Positions 48,848 through 61,442 of a stretch of 64,000 bases of DNA are shown here, piece by piece. Within the stretch, counting starts at the first letter, position 1. Each line of letters starts with the position of its first letter. The translations under genes and the position numbers were made by a program. Origin of the DNA: Azolla caroliniana (Eukaryota > Plantae > Polypodiophyta); assembly GCA_043228905.1 (NCBI GenBank), contig JBHGNT010000014.1, positions 17,608,001 to 17,672,000 of the forward strand, read 5' to 3'. Below the pieces are notes generated by a model. It was not told the origin of the DNA and did no database searches. It was given only the letters and a program-made list of their open reading frames with translations.

Positions 48848-48993
48848 GCCCAATTGTGAGGTTTGTTCCAGGTTTCACATCACAACTTTGGATTTCATTT
48901 ACAAGGATGTTAGTCATAAGTTAATGTTGTGATGCCCAATTATGAGGGCTATTTGAGGTTTCTCATTACAATTTTGGATTTCATTTACAAGGA
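48848..48993. repeat. Short tandem duplication (~86-bp period)
   Basis: GCCCAATT.TGAGG...TTGGATTTCATTTACAAGGAT twice. Confidence 0.75.
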
Positions 48994-49730
48994 TCACAAT
49001 GACCCCCATATCAATGGGTAATGACTCAAGTTGATCAAGTGTTGCCATCCTGCTCTTGTATGGTGGTGTTTGATTATTCCTTAGGCATTAGGAGCTACGA
49101 CATAATTGATGATTCCAAACAATGGTCTTGTTTGATGTTCACACGAAGTGCATCATGTTCATCATGTTTAGTTTATTGATTTGGTAATGTGAGCCACTAG
49201 GTTACAGGGTTTAATAATCTCCCAACGAGGTACCATTGTGTCAATTGATCCTACAACATTCAATGTGGAACATCTAACATTTCAATAGCCACTACGCTTT
49301 TCACATTTTGTTAATGTGGTATATAACTTAATGAAACAATTATGCAAAGCCACCAAAGGTTTGGGGTTGATTGCATCTTGAGGATAACACTAATCATGTT
49401 GAGGGGATAACACTCAAGTCATGGGTTTTTGCGGTGGATGAGGTTGAGGTGATCACACTCAATGGTTTCTAGGCTGTGATCCCATGACATTGGCACCAAA
49501 TAAAGCTAGAGAGAGAGAGAGAGAGAGAGAGATTGACTGATGGACTTCTTGGGTAACACAACAATTCTGCATGATAAAAGGGAAGTTGGTTTGGCAATTT
49601 TCACAACTATGTTGTATGGGGATGTTGTCCCAAGATAATGTAGAGTTATGTCATCTAGTATACAACACTCGAGAGGGTTTAACTTCCCATATTGCTACAA
49701 TTAACGAAGTAGTGGAGATAACAAAGTTTG

Positions 49731-50340
49731 TATTTTTTTGTTATTCCAAAAAACAAACTCTTTGCATTAGTTATAAAATTTTATAGCTGTGAATGTTATA
49801 TACAAACCACAAAAGGGGCTCGATAGTTCCATATTATGTGGAGGCCCACTGATTCAAGAAAGGGAGAGGACGACTATTGCTGGATGAAGACTAAGCGTTG
49901 TCTTTCGGCTCATTTAGAACTGCTCATGATGCCATTGTATTGGCTATTTGGCGAGACTATAGCATCACTCCATATCTCTTGCAATAACATCGCCCGATGA
50001 ATGGTTTGATTGGAGAATATTTTGCTACCGCGTTGTTTCAAGATAGTCCATAGTATTATGTGGGTTGAGTGAACATTGTCCGTTGTGGATGAATCTTAGG
50101 GCAATCCCATAGAGTATGTCAGATTGATGAATCTATTTCATTGCTACACAATTAGGAGAGCAAAGGATTCCTCGCTGCCACGCTCCGACTGGTAGTGACC
50201 TACGTATTAATAGCCATTGAATCGTGGTAATTCGCCTAGCTTGTTGTTGTTTCCATAATTGCTGCCAAAACTTGTCAATAGTCGTAGGGGGAACATGATA
50301 TGTGTGTGCAGCGATGGATTCTCTGTCGGTTTCAGCAACT
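49731..50340 (-). mobile_element. 5'-truncated L1 3' fragment
   Basis: DKFWQQLWK...IQWLLIRRSLPVGAW (zf-RVT-like); DNA similarity to 55991-56395; A-rich tail. Confidence 0.75.
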
Positions 50341-50496
50341 AAGCAAGGTTTGTCTTTATCATCTTGTTTTAATAACAAACATACATTTACGAAAAAGAGA
50401 GAGGAAGAAGAACAAAAAGAGAAGAATGAGGGGTATTTGGAGAATTTGGAAGAAATGAACGAGGTAGGTGGTATGTAATTTCTCATCATTACCATT

Positions 50497-51260
50497 GTGA
50501 ATAAAAATAAATAAGGATAAATAAATAAGTAAATAAGGAAAATAAATAAACAAATAAAAAGATAATAAAATTAATTTAAGTAAGTACGTAAATAAATAAA
50601 TAAAACATGCAAAAATAATAGAAACATAAAGAATAAATAAGTAAGTAAGTAAATAAATAAATAAAACATGCAAAAATAATAGAAACATAAAGAATAAATA
50701 AAAGATGAAATAAAATAAGTAAATAAATAAAACGTTAAACAAAATGAAAATAACTGAATAATTAAATAAATAAATATGTAAATGATAAATAAATAAATAA
50801 GCAAATAAATAGATAAATAAAGAGACAGACAATTAAGATAGAAAATCTTTCCAAGGAAAATAAAAACAGACAAGTAGGATAACAAACAAACAAATAAACA
50901 AATAAATGGAGAAATAAATAAACAAATAAATAGAGAAATAAATAAACAAATAAATAGTAAATAAAATAGGGAAATAAATAAATAAATAAACAAATTAGGG
51001 AAATTAAAATAAAAAAATAAAAAATAAAAAAGCGAAAAAAAAAATAGAGAAAAAAATTTTAAAAAAATAGGGAAATAAATAAATAGAGAAATAAATAAAA
51101 AACAAACAAATAAACAAATAAACAACAAACAAATAAATAGAGAATAAAAAAATAAAAAAACAAATACATAAATAGAGAGAAAAAAACAAACAAAAAAACA
51201 AATAAATAAAAACAAACAAATAAATAAAAAGAGAAACATAAATAAATATGTAAATGAATG
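50497..51260. repeat. ~760-bp A-rich low-complexity tract ((AAAT)n/(AAAC)n)
   Basis: Direct inspection; the minus-strand F/I/Y/L-rich ORFs are a by-product. Confidence 0.9.
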
Positions 51261-51338
51261 ATTAATATGATAGTTGATTGAAACCATTTCCACTGACATT
51301 TCATGGGGGGCGGGGCTTCCTCTTCTGCGCTGCACTCC

Positions 51339-51422
51339 TATCTAATCTAATCTAATCTCTCTATCTAATCTAATCTAATCTAATCTAATCTCTCTGTCTA
51401 ATCTATCAAATCTAATCTATCT
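51339..51422. repeat. (TCTAA)n microsatellite upstream of the coiled-coil gene
   Basis: TCTAATCTAATCTAA runs. Confidence 0.85.
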
Positions 51423-51574
51423 AGCCATCGCCATCGCCATGAAAGAAAAAGAAGCAGATCCTGAGTGAGTGATAAAGGGTTTCCCTTCCCTTCTGCTCTG
51501 TTCCCGTTATTTTTGAAAGCAGCACAGCGTTATCCCACAAAAAAGAATGCACCGGATAAGCCCCACATTCCACC

Positions 51575-54500
51575 ATGCCTTCTAATTCCTCCTCCTCCTC
51601 CTCCTCTGCAGATCGCATCTCACGATTAGAGCACATTCTTGGAGGTATTTCAACTTTCAACCAATAACCCTCTTTCTGATATTTTCTACATTTTTTTGAT
51701 TGATTTCTCAACTATTTCCCCCCATCTTCTCTTTGATCATCTTCATCACTGATCACAAATGTTTCACTATTTGATTTTGATTGTTTTTCAACTACTTTTT
51801 TTTCCCCTTTCATTCTAATCATTGCCTACATGTATGTATGTGTCAACACATAAAACATTACAAATATATATACATATATCTCATTTTTTTCTGCATTATT
51901 ATTTGGGCTTTTACTATTCCCCTCCCTCTCATAGGCTGACTTTTTATCTACTTATTTTTGTGTCCTTCAGGGAAGTCGAGAAGGATTTCTGAAGGATCTG
52001 CTGTAAATACCCAGGTTCTTTTTTTATTTATAGCGTTACCTCCCATGTCATTAATTTCATATTTTACATGACACTCTCATAAGGCCTTACCAAATATGTA
52101 CTTTGCTTTTCCCCGTTAGATCTTAATTCTAAGTCTATATTTCATTAATTTTAAGTCTATATTTCATAATTCTACACCTATATTTCACATTTGTAAAGAT
52201 GCCATCATAAAGAGTTGTCTTCTCCCATGTGGAGCTGTACTGAGTTCCATGTATGTATAGGTTTTTTGGTATGTATATCAGTTGGTAGGGTGGAAAATGC
52301 TTGCTATACATATATCTGTAATCAGCGAATATGTACACATACACATAGACATGTATTTGTGTGTGTGCATCTATAAATCAATTAAATGCTATGCTAACAG
52401 AAAATTTGTGCCACATATCTCCTATGGTATCTGATGTTAGATGTGATACCCATGCATAACATACATGATGCTATTAACCTAATCAAATCTCTTATCTTGA
52501 AGATAATCTAAAATTTTATTGAAAATGGAGCATTTGGAAAACATAGTAATGAATCTTGAAATCTTATAATTCATAGATTCTTTATGGGATGCAATAATCA
52601 AATTTTCTAGACTCAAAAGCACATTTCACTGGGTAGGGAATTGGCTTTTAGAGGTTAATAAGTTCTAAACAGCACAATCTCTGCCATGGTCTTTTAATTT
52701 CTACTTATCATTTCCCATTAAAGATGTACCTTTTGGACTCATGAAGGTGAATGTTTTCCTTAGTAATCCTTGGATTTGATTCTATCTTTGATAATCCTCA
52801 ATCACCGTTAGATTTAATGCTAATTCTGTTAATGTTTTATACAGTCTGAGAACCATGATAATCCGAATGTTGTAGATGGTATGGTTCCTCAGAATTCAAG
52901 GGACAGATCCAAGACTGATCATGGAAATGTTGAAGAGGTGGGCTTGGAGATGGCAATGAAGCAGCTGATGGAGGCTACACATGATGCACTTGTGAATATG
53001 AAAGGAGGTAAATAAATAATTCCACATGCTATATCAATAATTCTGTATTCGTTTAGAAATTATAGTGGAACATCCCTTCATAAATTAGATGCTAAACAAT
53101 AATGGACAAATGCTATAGGTTTCTTGGAAATTAGGAAAAACATTATATCGGTTATTGCAAAATGTTGAATTTTGTGGTCAATTTTACTAATTGCTAATGG
53201 TGTTGTGTGTTTAACTAAGTGTGTGGATCCAGTTCCAATGTAGACAACTGAAAGATTTACAAACTCACCCATGTAATAAATGCATGTAAGGATACAATAC
53301 TGGTTGTAAGACACTGATATATAACTATCAAAGTTTTAGGAGCAAAAGTGTCTATAATTAACACTATCCCATGTCACATGGCCAAAATGTGCCATCCTAC
53401 TATGCTGCCAATGAAAGGCATATTGTCTAGTTTCAAAAGAAATTAGGGTACAGGAAGTCATTTATGCATGTAGGTATAGTAAACAATACATTTGAAATGT
53501 GAAGAAGAATCAACTAAATATGGAAGGTACTCAAGGAAAAAATATTTGTAGAGTATAAATAAACAACTGAAAACTTGGTAGCCAAAAGAACCAATTGGGA
53601 TATCCTTTGGCTACAAGTTGAGTGGTTGACAAAGTTAAACTTACTGATAGTGGCTCAATGAGTCTCAAATGTTCCAAACGATCACAACATAGTCAAATCA
53701 TATATGCGAGTGAAAGCATGTGTAAGTAGGCATGAAACTGGCTTCATGTTGTAGTCTCACAAAGTTGCAACTTGCAACTACAACCCTAAGCTGTGAATGA
53801 ATTTGGAATGCATTTTTCTTATAAAACAAGGCACATTTTTTAGATGAGACGCTTCTCTAGATGTTTTTCAAATCCTTGATTTATTAGTCTTAATTATTTG
53901 AGAACAAATCAATTCAAAATTCTCGTAAAATTTATATTGGCATACGTTTATATCCTCCTAAAACCTAGATTTAAATGTTTATTTAAAACTAAGTAAGAGA
54001 AGTAGGGTTGCAATAAAGGATACATGTAAACAATTTTAAATATGATCGCACTTATAATGGGTGTTCAGATGTGGGTGTATCTCGATGAATGGATTTCTCA
54101 CGGATGCATTCCCAAAGGTTAGGTGGACACAGTGTACTTCCCACTACCATGAACTAAGTCATAGACAAAGGGTAGGAAAAAGAGAGATTGCCTCATAAAA
54201 TGTTCTCATATTTGAGAATGACAAACCAAAATAAATATAACTAGATTGGTAGAACTGCTTTAGGCACAAGAGAATCTCGTTAGCTAAGCACTAACATTCT
54301 GAACTTAGATGAACTGAAACTTCTGCCTTTGAAAGCTGTCCAACATGGCTTGATCCAAGATTGAGTAGTCTCTGCAGTGAGGAAACACCTTCGGAGAGAA
54401 ATACGGAAAGATATATCTATGCCTCTAAATTTGGTAATGTCCAATAATCCTAATGAATAAATAGCTTGATAATGCTTGTAAGTCATCATCAGTACACCAA

Positions 54501-55823
54501 ACGTCTCAAGTATCTTCTGTGGCCATAGTCATTTTGATGACTTCCTTATGCTTGTAATAGTAGAGAGATTTGTATGAGTTGCATGAACTGAATTCTTGCT
54601 GATCGGTCAAATTGTTGTAATATTGTAAGCCCTTCAACTAGATCCTACCTAGAAAAGTTTTGGTATACAGAATTTTGATTACATGTATCATTAACTAGCT
54701 GAGTATCATGGATTTCTTTTACTTTGTAGATTAGCTAATGAAAATATAGTTTTTGAAGAATAAACTTATACAATACAGAGATAGTGAGGATGCAGTATGA
54801 CCTAGAAAGAGCATTGATGGAAATAAATTCAGTGCAACACCGTGAGGAATTGTTAGAACATGTAAGTCTTTTTCTCAAGTATGTGCCACCACAATGTTCA
54901 GATAATAATTATGATTCATTATTTAGACAATATATGGTAAATATGAATGGTCACTGGAAACTAGGGGTTTATCTCTAGTTGAGCAGCACAATCCACTGGA
55001 ATCAAATCCTCCAAGAGTCATTATGAACATCTTTGGCAAGAAACTGCGTAATTAAGCTCATTATAAAATAAGAAATTTTTTCTGATAAGGCCAGAAGTGT
55101 AAACGCTGCAGCTCAGAATGCATTAGCATTTCTAAGAAGGCAAACTTCCTAGAGATGTGTGGGAATGTGACTCATAAAATATTGTATGCATCACGGTTTC
55201 TGGTTATCAGTTTTCATGCATGCAACTGATTGACTGTTCTATTTACTGGGCCATTAGGGAGGAAGCTGTCAAAGATTCAATGAGGATTTCTATGCAGTCT
55301 TAGGGTTTGCAAATTATGGTAGAATTCGAATTTAGGGTTAGGAATATGGAATGTAGTAGTACAAATTTAGTTGAAGGAAACATTTCCAGGAAAGAAATGT
55401 TCTGCTAGTGATGAAAGCAACCGCCTTTCGAATTTGGGGGCTTCTGTGAAAGTTAGCCTTTGCCTTCAGCTCATCTGCCTCTCGATCCCCTCACTGTCTC
55501 ATTCACTCAACATTAATGCACCTAATATTGCAGTCTTAAATAATTATGTAAACATAACGGTTTGAGGCAGAAAATATAACATAAACAGGTAGAAAGAGGG
55601 AATGTCTATCTCTACTTATCTTAATATCAGTTTACTTCATGTCTTTTGATGTGATTGTGTTATAATCTTTTCATAGTGGAAACTTCCATTATGCTATGTA
55701 AGTTTGACAGCTCTTTTACAGAGAATTGAAGAAAAAGCAATGGAATTGGAGAAAGACTTCTCTAGGCAAATCCATGAGCTGCAGGAAAATGTGATCCTTG
55801 AATTCAAATTATGCAAAGAACAG
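51575..55823 (+). CDS. Unidentified coiled-coil protein, first five exons (51575-51644, 51971-52014, 52845-53007, 54779-54861, 55722-55823); 3' end not found
   Basis: CCACCATG start with upstream in-frame stop. All introns are GT-AG and phase-compatible (1,0,1,0,0), giving MPSNSSSSSSSADRISRLEHILGGKSRRISEG...LEMAMKQLMEATHDALVNMKGEIVRMQYDLERALMEINSVQHREELLEHRIEEKAMELEKDFSRQIHELQENVILEFKLCKEQ. Confidence 0.75.
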
Positions 55824-55990
55824 GTGGGACGTTTATTCTTCCTTTATCAGAATAGATCTATGCAAATGAACTAGTTCATAAATGTACGCACATGGGATAT
55901 TATAACTCATTTTCAGTTTATTAAATTTAATTGTAAAGCCCTACAAGGCTAGTAGAAAAAGTTTTTTCAATGAAGTCACTTTCACTCCCC

Positions 55991-56395
55991 TATTTTTTAT
56001 TTTATTTTTCCAAAAAAATACTCCTTCCATTAGTTATAAAATTTTACAAATGAGACGATTATGTACAAATCCCTGTAGGGACAGGATAGTTCCATCTTAT
56101 GTGGATGCCCACTGACTCAAGAAAGGGAGAGGACGACCATTGTTGGATGAAGGCTATTCGTTGTCTTTAAACTCCATCGGAGCCGCCCTTGAGGCCATCA
56201 TATTGGCTCTTTAGAGTGGCTACAATTTCACTCCATATCTCTTGCAGTAACCTTGTTGGATGCACGGTTTGGTTGGAGAAGATCCGTCTACACAGTTGTT
56301 TCCATAGAATCCAAAGAGTTGTTGGGTTGACCAATTCCAACACAGCTTGAGATTTGTCATTAAGAGCAAACAAGCACTATGGATTGTGTCAATTT
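55991..56395 (-). mobile_element. 5'-truncated L1 3' fragment (intronic)
   Basis: TTLWILWKQLCRRIFS..LLQEIWSEIVATLKSQYD; shares GCCCACTGA.TCAAGAAAGGGAGAGGACGAC with the copy at ~49843; A-rich tail. Confidence 0.75.
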
Positions 56396-58422
56396 TTGTT
56401 GCTTATTGCAAAGTTTACTTTCCTGTAAGAGCAAACAAGCAAGAAACCTTCCAAACAAATAAGCAAGGGCAACCTTACAATACCTCGTATGGACGAACAA
56501 AGTTTGTATTTAGCTAAATTGAAGATAATTTGTATCACTTGTTTCTAGGACAAGATAGAAAAAAAGCATGGAAAATGTTTAATGAAAGGTAACCTACCAC
56601 AGAAGTGACATCACCTCAGGTGTGGCATGAATATGCGAAGGTCCTATATGATATCCAGGGGCAACCCCCTGTTCCCCACCCACATGGCTCACGCCCACAT
56701 GAATCCACCTTTTTTACACCACAAAATCTAAGAAATGCCATTGATTGGTTACAATTTGGGAAGGCCTAGGATCATGATGGATTGGTTGGTGAGCACTTTA
56801 TCTATGCCCTAACATCTTGCTCTCATTACTAGCACACATCTTTAGTACAACCATGTGTGAAGGTTTCCCTACTAGATGGACTCAGCATACCATTGTGCCA
56901 ATCCTCAAGAGTGGAGACCGCATGATGCCAAGCAACTATAGATTTGTCGATGAACATGGATAAAACTATAGTGATGGTGTTTAACACCACTCGAGCATGG
57001 GTAACAAGATGAGAACAGGAATTCTTCTTGGGAGAGGAAAAGGTGGAATACACATGCTCCTACAGGGCCTAGGTTCTCCTTAGGGGATGCTACTTGTGCT
57101 TGACTTTCTCATGGATATGCAGCCCTTGGTGCTGTCGAAAGACAATGTGCACATTTGCAGTTCTAAGAGCCACGAACTAAGCGGTGGTTATTAGATAGGC
57201 TTGTCACACCAACTCTTCTCTATGGAGTATAAACACAAATCATTGGAAAGATTCGGAGAGATCTTTAGTATCAATGATTGCCTGCATGATAAGCAGCAAA
57301 GCATCGGTGCTCCATGATATAATCCGGGCAGATATGGGAGCAGCCCCTATGACCACCGAGGCATTGTTCCGATTAGTGACTTGTATCCAACGTCTTTGGG
57401 TACTCCCTAAACAAAGGTACCCAATGTTGGCACTTATGTCATCAAGACAACTGGCTGGAAATGGAGACATTCATTATTGGTATGCTGAAATGCAGCAATG
57501 GCTCAAGTCACATGGCATAAGTATTAATGCACTATAGCTTGGACTGTCCCCACCTAAATATGACCGAAGTGGAAAACAATGGAGTGATCCGAACTGATAT
57601 TATTAACTTGGAAAATGAGATAACATGGATCAGCCCCAAAATACCTCTTGGTACGAAGATGGCCCACTACAAGACCCCCTTTTTATACACAACAAAGGAT
57701 GGATTCATCATCGGGCCGCCTTGTATGGACATACATCTATCCTATGTGTTGCGTAGTGTGATAGTGCAATTGTGAACTTCATCACATCAATTAGAGATTA
57801 AGGTAGAATACCGCTAGAAGAAAGAATTTGCCAATTGTGTCATCAAAGAGTGGAATCTGAAGACCACAATGTTTGTCACTGTAGTATCTTTTAGGAAATA
57901 AGAGGGAAATACCATTGCCTCTTTAAACAAGGCTTTGGCCCACTATGCTAGATAATGGAATATGAGGACAAAGGTCCAATGGTACTAGGGATCGGCAACG
58001 GCTCGGCTCAAGCCTAAACCGTTTGGCTTAGCCAGCTTGAAAACGGCTTAGCGGCTTAGCGGCTCGGCTCGGCTCGGTTTAGGCTTGAACTTGCCTTAAC
58101 GGTTTGAGCTCGGCTCGGCTTGGCTTGAGCCTCGCCAAACCGGCTCAAGCCGGCTAAGCCGGATAAACCGTTTAAGCCGTTTATAAACTTTAGAGAGGGG
58201 GAGAAAGAAAGAAAGAAAGATATATTAACGTCTTCTAAGGCCAAAATTGGCCCATGAGACAAAAGGTGTACAACAAAAATGGGATATTTACCCATTAATC
58301 GAAAGTAAAAATAAAAATAAGATAAAATAGGGTTTAAGCTAAATAGTTCTAAGAAAACAACAAACATGTTCTATATAAAAAACATGTTCTACAATGAGAA
58401 TGATTCTATACTAGGCCTAATT

Positions 58423-60057
58423 TCATTTCCATCCAAGTCTCTCGAAGAGAAGCGGGGGGTCAAAGGGTTGCCATGATGTGGATGTGGCCCGTGGTCCCCA
58501 TGTAAGAGGTACCCCAACCATAGCTTCGAGTCGACGTAGCTCACGTTCCCTTATCTTCTTAATCTTTTCTACTCCACGTTGACTTGTGTTGAAGCCCAAC
58601 ATCCGAGGACGTTTGGTTGCTCTTTGTATTTCTGCTTCCTCAAGGGAGAGGCCGAGCGGCATAAGTGTATCCACATTCATCGTCTCCCCATGTTCCTGAA
58701 AAATTACATTAGGTACATGTTGATGAGTAGTAAAAGGGTTATGATTAACACTTTGTAATTTATCCTCCCTATGTTGTTTTAGCTCTAAGATATACCTACC
58801 TAGTCTCTTTACACTCGGGGTATCTAATAGTTTGGAGAGGGTGGGAGAGGGTCCTAGTATGTCTTGGTATTCCGCCCGTATCTCGGCATAAGTTGGGCAC
58901 TTGCATGTGAAGTGATACTCATCCTCTATCTCTATGTGGCATAACCTACATAGCCTTTCCTCTCTAGGGACTCTATTAGCTCGACCATTCTCAATCTCAA
59001 GTTGGTGAGATGATATCCTAAGTTGTCCAATGGCCACCCTTAGTGCATTTGATAAGAAAGTATCTAGGTATCTTGGTCGTGTAATAAACCCTAACTTAGA
59101 GAAGTGCAAGAAGTGTTCCTTATAGTACACCATTTTAGATGGGAGTGGCTCTCGTGGGGTGATCCATTTGTATCGAGTGTAGATTTGCCATATTTCTTGG
59201 CGTATCACTTTATTACGATCTTCACGAGAGATTAAAGTTTGATCAGTCCCATGGTTGTACTTAAGGGGAGGTAGGTTATTAATGTCTATGCCATTTGCAA
59301 ATAACCAACTCACCACAATGCTATACCAAGAGTTGGTGTCTCCAGACACATGTAAGGATCGGGATGCCTCAAAGGCTCGACGGGATATCCTATCTTGTGG
59401 TTGACTATGTATCCGATGAATAAAAGCTACCACTTGAAAGAGTGCTTCTACTAACATCGGGGGTAGGCTAAACTCCGCTCTAATAATGTCATGTGGTACT
59501 GTCGATTTGCTTCGGAGTTGACGTGATAACATCACCACTAAAGGTCTCTCCAATTGCGTCCACATGAAAGATGGTAGACCTGGAGCCCATACTACTGATG
59601 CATACATGAGGGACGGGGTCACTAATGAGTCGAAAAGCCATCCCTTAGTCCGTGGCTCTTGAAAGTATGCTTGGTGGCATTGTCTCTCTAAGAGTGAGAG
59701 GGATGCATATCCTCTCGTTAGCCTATCTTTGGCTGCCTGGGTCATCGAGAATTTACCTGAGCGAGCACTAAAAGTGACTCCCAAGTATACATAAGATCCC
59801 ACCACCTCAACTAGTTTATGAGAGAGGATGAGGTGACATTTACTCCTAACTCTGGACGATGTATGAAAGATAAGGACTTTAGTTTTCGCTAGATTCACTA
59901 CCAGTCCTCGTTGTGTACAAAAGTCATCTAGGGCATTAAGATGCTTTTGTAGGTCGTGTTCCGACTCCGAGAGCAAGACAATGTCGTCTGCGTAGAGTAA
60001 GAGACTAACTTGCTTATCCCCAATAGCCACTCCTTTGCCTCCCTTACGAGTCAACAT
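58423..60057 (-). CDS. 5'-truncated RTEX-like LINE ORF2 (RT from YADD onward plus C-terminal Cys/His domain), 544 open codons; element ~58203-60060
   Basis: LLLYADDIVLL, VNLAKTKVLIF, YVYLGV, LRISSHQLEIENGR..PREERLCRLC..EDEYHFTCKCPTY; 3' UTR ends in (CTTT)n at 58203-58220. Confidence 0.85.
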   Translation of the reverse strand: MLTRKGGKGVAIGDKQVSLLLYADDIVLLSESEHDLQKHLNALDDFCTQRGLVVNLAKTKVLIFHTSSRVRSKCHLILSHKLVEVVGSYVYLGVTFSARSGKFSMTQAAKDRLTRGYASLSLLERQCHQAYFQEPRTKGWLFDSLVTPSLMYASVVWAPGLPSFMWTQLERPLVVMLSRQLRSKSTVPHDIIRAEFSLPPMLVEALFQVVAFIHRIHSQPQDRISRRAFEASRSLHVSGDTNSWYSIVVSWLFANGIDINNLPPLKYNHGTDQTLISREDRNKVIRQEIWQIYTRYKWITPREPLPSKMVYYKEHFLHFSKLGFITRPRYLDTFLSNALRVAIGQLRISSHQLEIENGRANRVPREERLCRLCHIEIEDEYHFTCKCPTYAEIRAEYQDILGPSPTLSKLLDTPSVKRLGRYILELKQHREDKLQSVNHNPFTTHQHVPNVIFQEHGETMNVDTLMPLGLSLEEAEIQRATKRPRMLGFNTSQRGVEKIKKIRERELRRLEAMVGVPLTWGPRATSTSWQPFDPPLLFERLGWK

Positions 60058-60061
60058 ATAA

Positions 60062-60481
60062 GGAGAGAGAGAGAGAGAGAGAGAGAGAGGAACTACATAG
60101 AGGGGAGAGACAGAGAGACTACACAGAGGGGAGAGAGAGAGAGAGAGAGAGAGACTACACAGAGGGGAGAGAGAGAGAGAGAGAGAGAGAGACTACACAG
60201 AGGGGAGAGAGAGAGAGAGAGAGGAACTACATAGAGGGGAGAGAGAGAGAGAGAGATGAACTACATAGAGGGGAGAGAGAGAGAGAGGGAGGGAGAGTCG
60301 AGACCATAGACGTGAGAGAGAGAGAGAGAGAGAGGAACTACATAGAGGGGAGAGAGAGAGGATTTACATAGAGGGGAGAGAGAGGGAGAGGGAGAGAGAG
60401 TCGAGACCACAGAAGTGAGAGAGAGTGGGAGGGATCATCTGAGAGAGAGAGGGAGGTAGGGAGAGAGAGAGAGAGAGAGAC
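60062..60481. repeat. Compound (GA)n array punctuated by ACTACA(T/C)AGAGGGG units
   Basis: About 8 copies of the unit separated by variable (AG)n. Confidence 0.9.
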
Positions 60482-61442
60482 GGAGGTTTCTAAACCGGTT
60501 TCCAAGCCGGTTTGGAAACCGGTTTACAAGCCGTTTACCAAGCCGGTTCACAAACCGGTTTAGCATAAACCGGTTTAGCCTAAACCGGTTTGTGAACCGG
60601 CTCGGCTCGGCTCGGCTCAGGTTTGAGATCCTGTAAACGGTTTAGGCTTAGCCGGTTTGGCTTGGATCAGGCCAAACCGGCTAAGCCTAAACCGAACCGT
60701 TGCCGATCCCTAAATGGTACCTAGGACTTGGGGTAGGAAACAGGGAAAAGTTGTTGAAGGAAACTAGTGTAGCCAAACAAGCTCATCCACAAAGAACAAT
60801 CACAACTTTCTTTAGCCCCATCACTCCTACGGATGCTACAAGTCAATCAAGGGCTACAAAAATGGGCTCCCAACCAGGACATAACAAAGGGGTTACAATA
60901 GATTGGGCAACAGCCATTTGTCGTGCACGTAGGCCCCAACCCCATGGACCACGATCTAACCACCCTTGTCATCAACAGATAAGGCCATTATCTTCCCCCA
61001 TCGTAGGTGCTTCCCTTGCTTCCGAGACCTCTCCATTCTGGATTGACCTATGTGAGAGATCTTTTAAAGACAAAAGTTATAATATATCTAACTTCATATT
61101 CTCACATGTGCCAAAAACCAGATTCTTTAGTCTCTTTTTAGCTTATTTACTTTTATATTTACCGAGTAATATTTATTTCATTTTGATTTGTTGTTCTCAA
61201 AGACGAGACAACACTTATGATGTAATCTCTTATTTAGTCTTATAGGCCATTTTGGCCTCTTAAAAGACATTAATATATCTCTCTTTCTTTCTTTCTTGGT
61301 CTCAATTTAACGCCACTGAATACAAATAATGGGTGATGCATCATATTGTGTGTTGCATGTAATTTCTTTCTTGATTTAGTTATTATGTTTTTACGACCAT
61401 AATCTCCATGGCTGCATCATATTGTGTTTTTCATTTTGTCAA

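Larger units (their letters stand above)
57986..60712. mobile_element. Non-autonomous hAT DNA transposon (2727 bp including nested LINE)
   Basis: Perfect 16-bp TIR TAGGGATCGGCAACGG, 8-bp TSD AATGGTAC (57978-57985, 60713-60720), subterminal AAACCG/GGCTC repeats, no transposase. Confidence 0.95.
56540..61297 (+). mobile_element. Old decayed RTEX-like LINE, split by the hAT element (parts 56540-57985 and 60713-61297)
   Basis: SKASVLHDIIRADMGAAPMTTEALF, SSHQLEI, EERICQLCH..ESEDH parallel the younger ORF at 58423-60057; ends in GGCCATTTTGGCC and a (CTTT)n tail. Confidence 0.8.

Noticed and set aside
50359-51335. Long hydrophobic ORFs (254, 157, 81, 71 aa) resembling membrane proteins
   Set aside because: Translation artefacts of the (TTTA)n/(TTTG)n low-complexity tract.
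51439-51644. Alternative first exon ATG 51439 spliced at GA/GTGAGT to 51612
   Set aside because: That phase hits a stop in the next exon; the ATG at 51575 gives a continuous frame.
60010-60234. Arg/Glu-rich ORF
   Set aside because: Translation of the (GA)n compound microsatellite.
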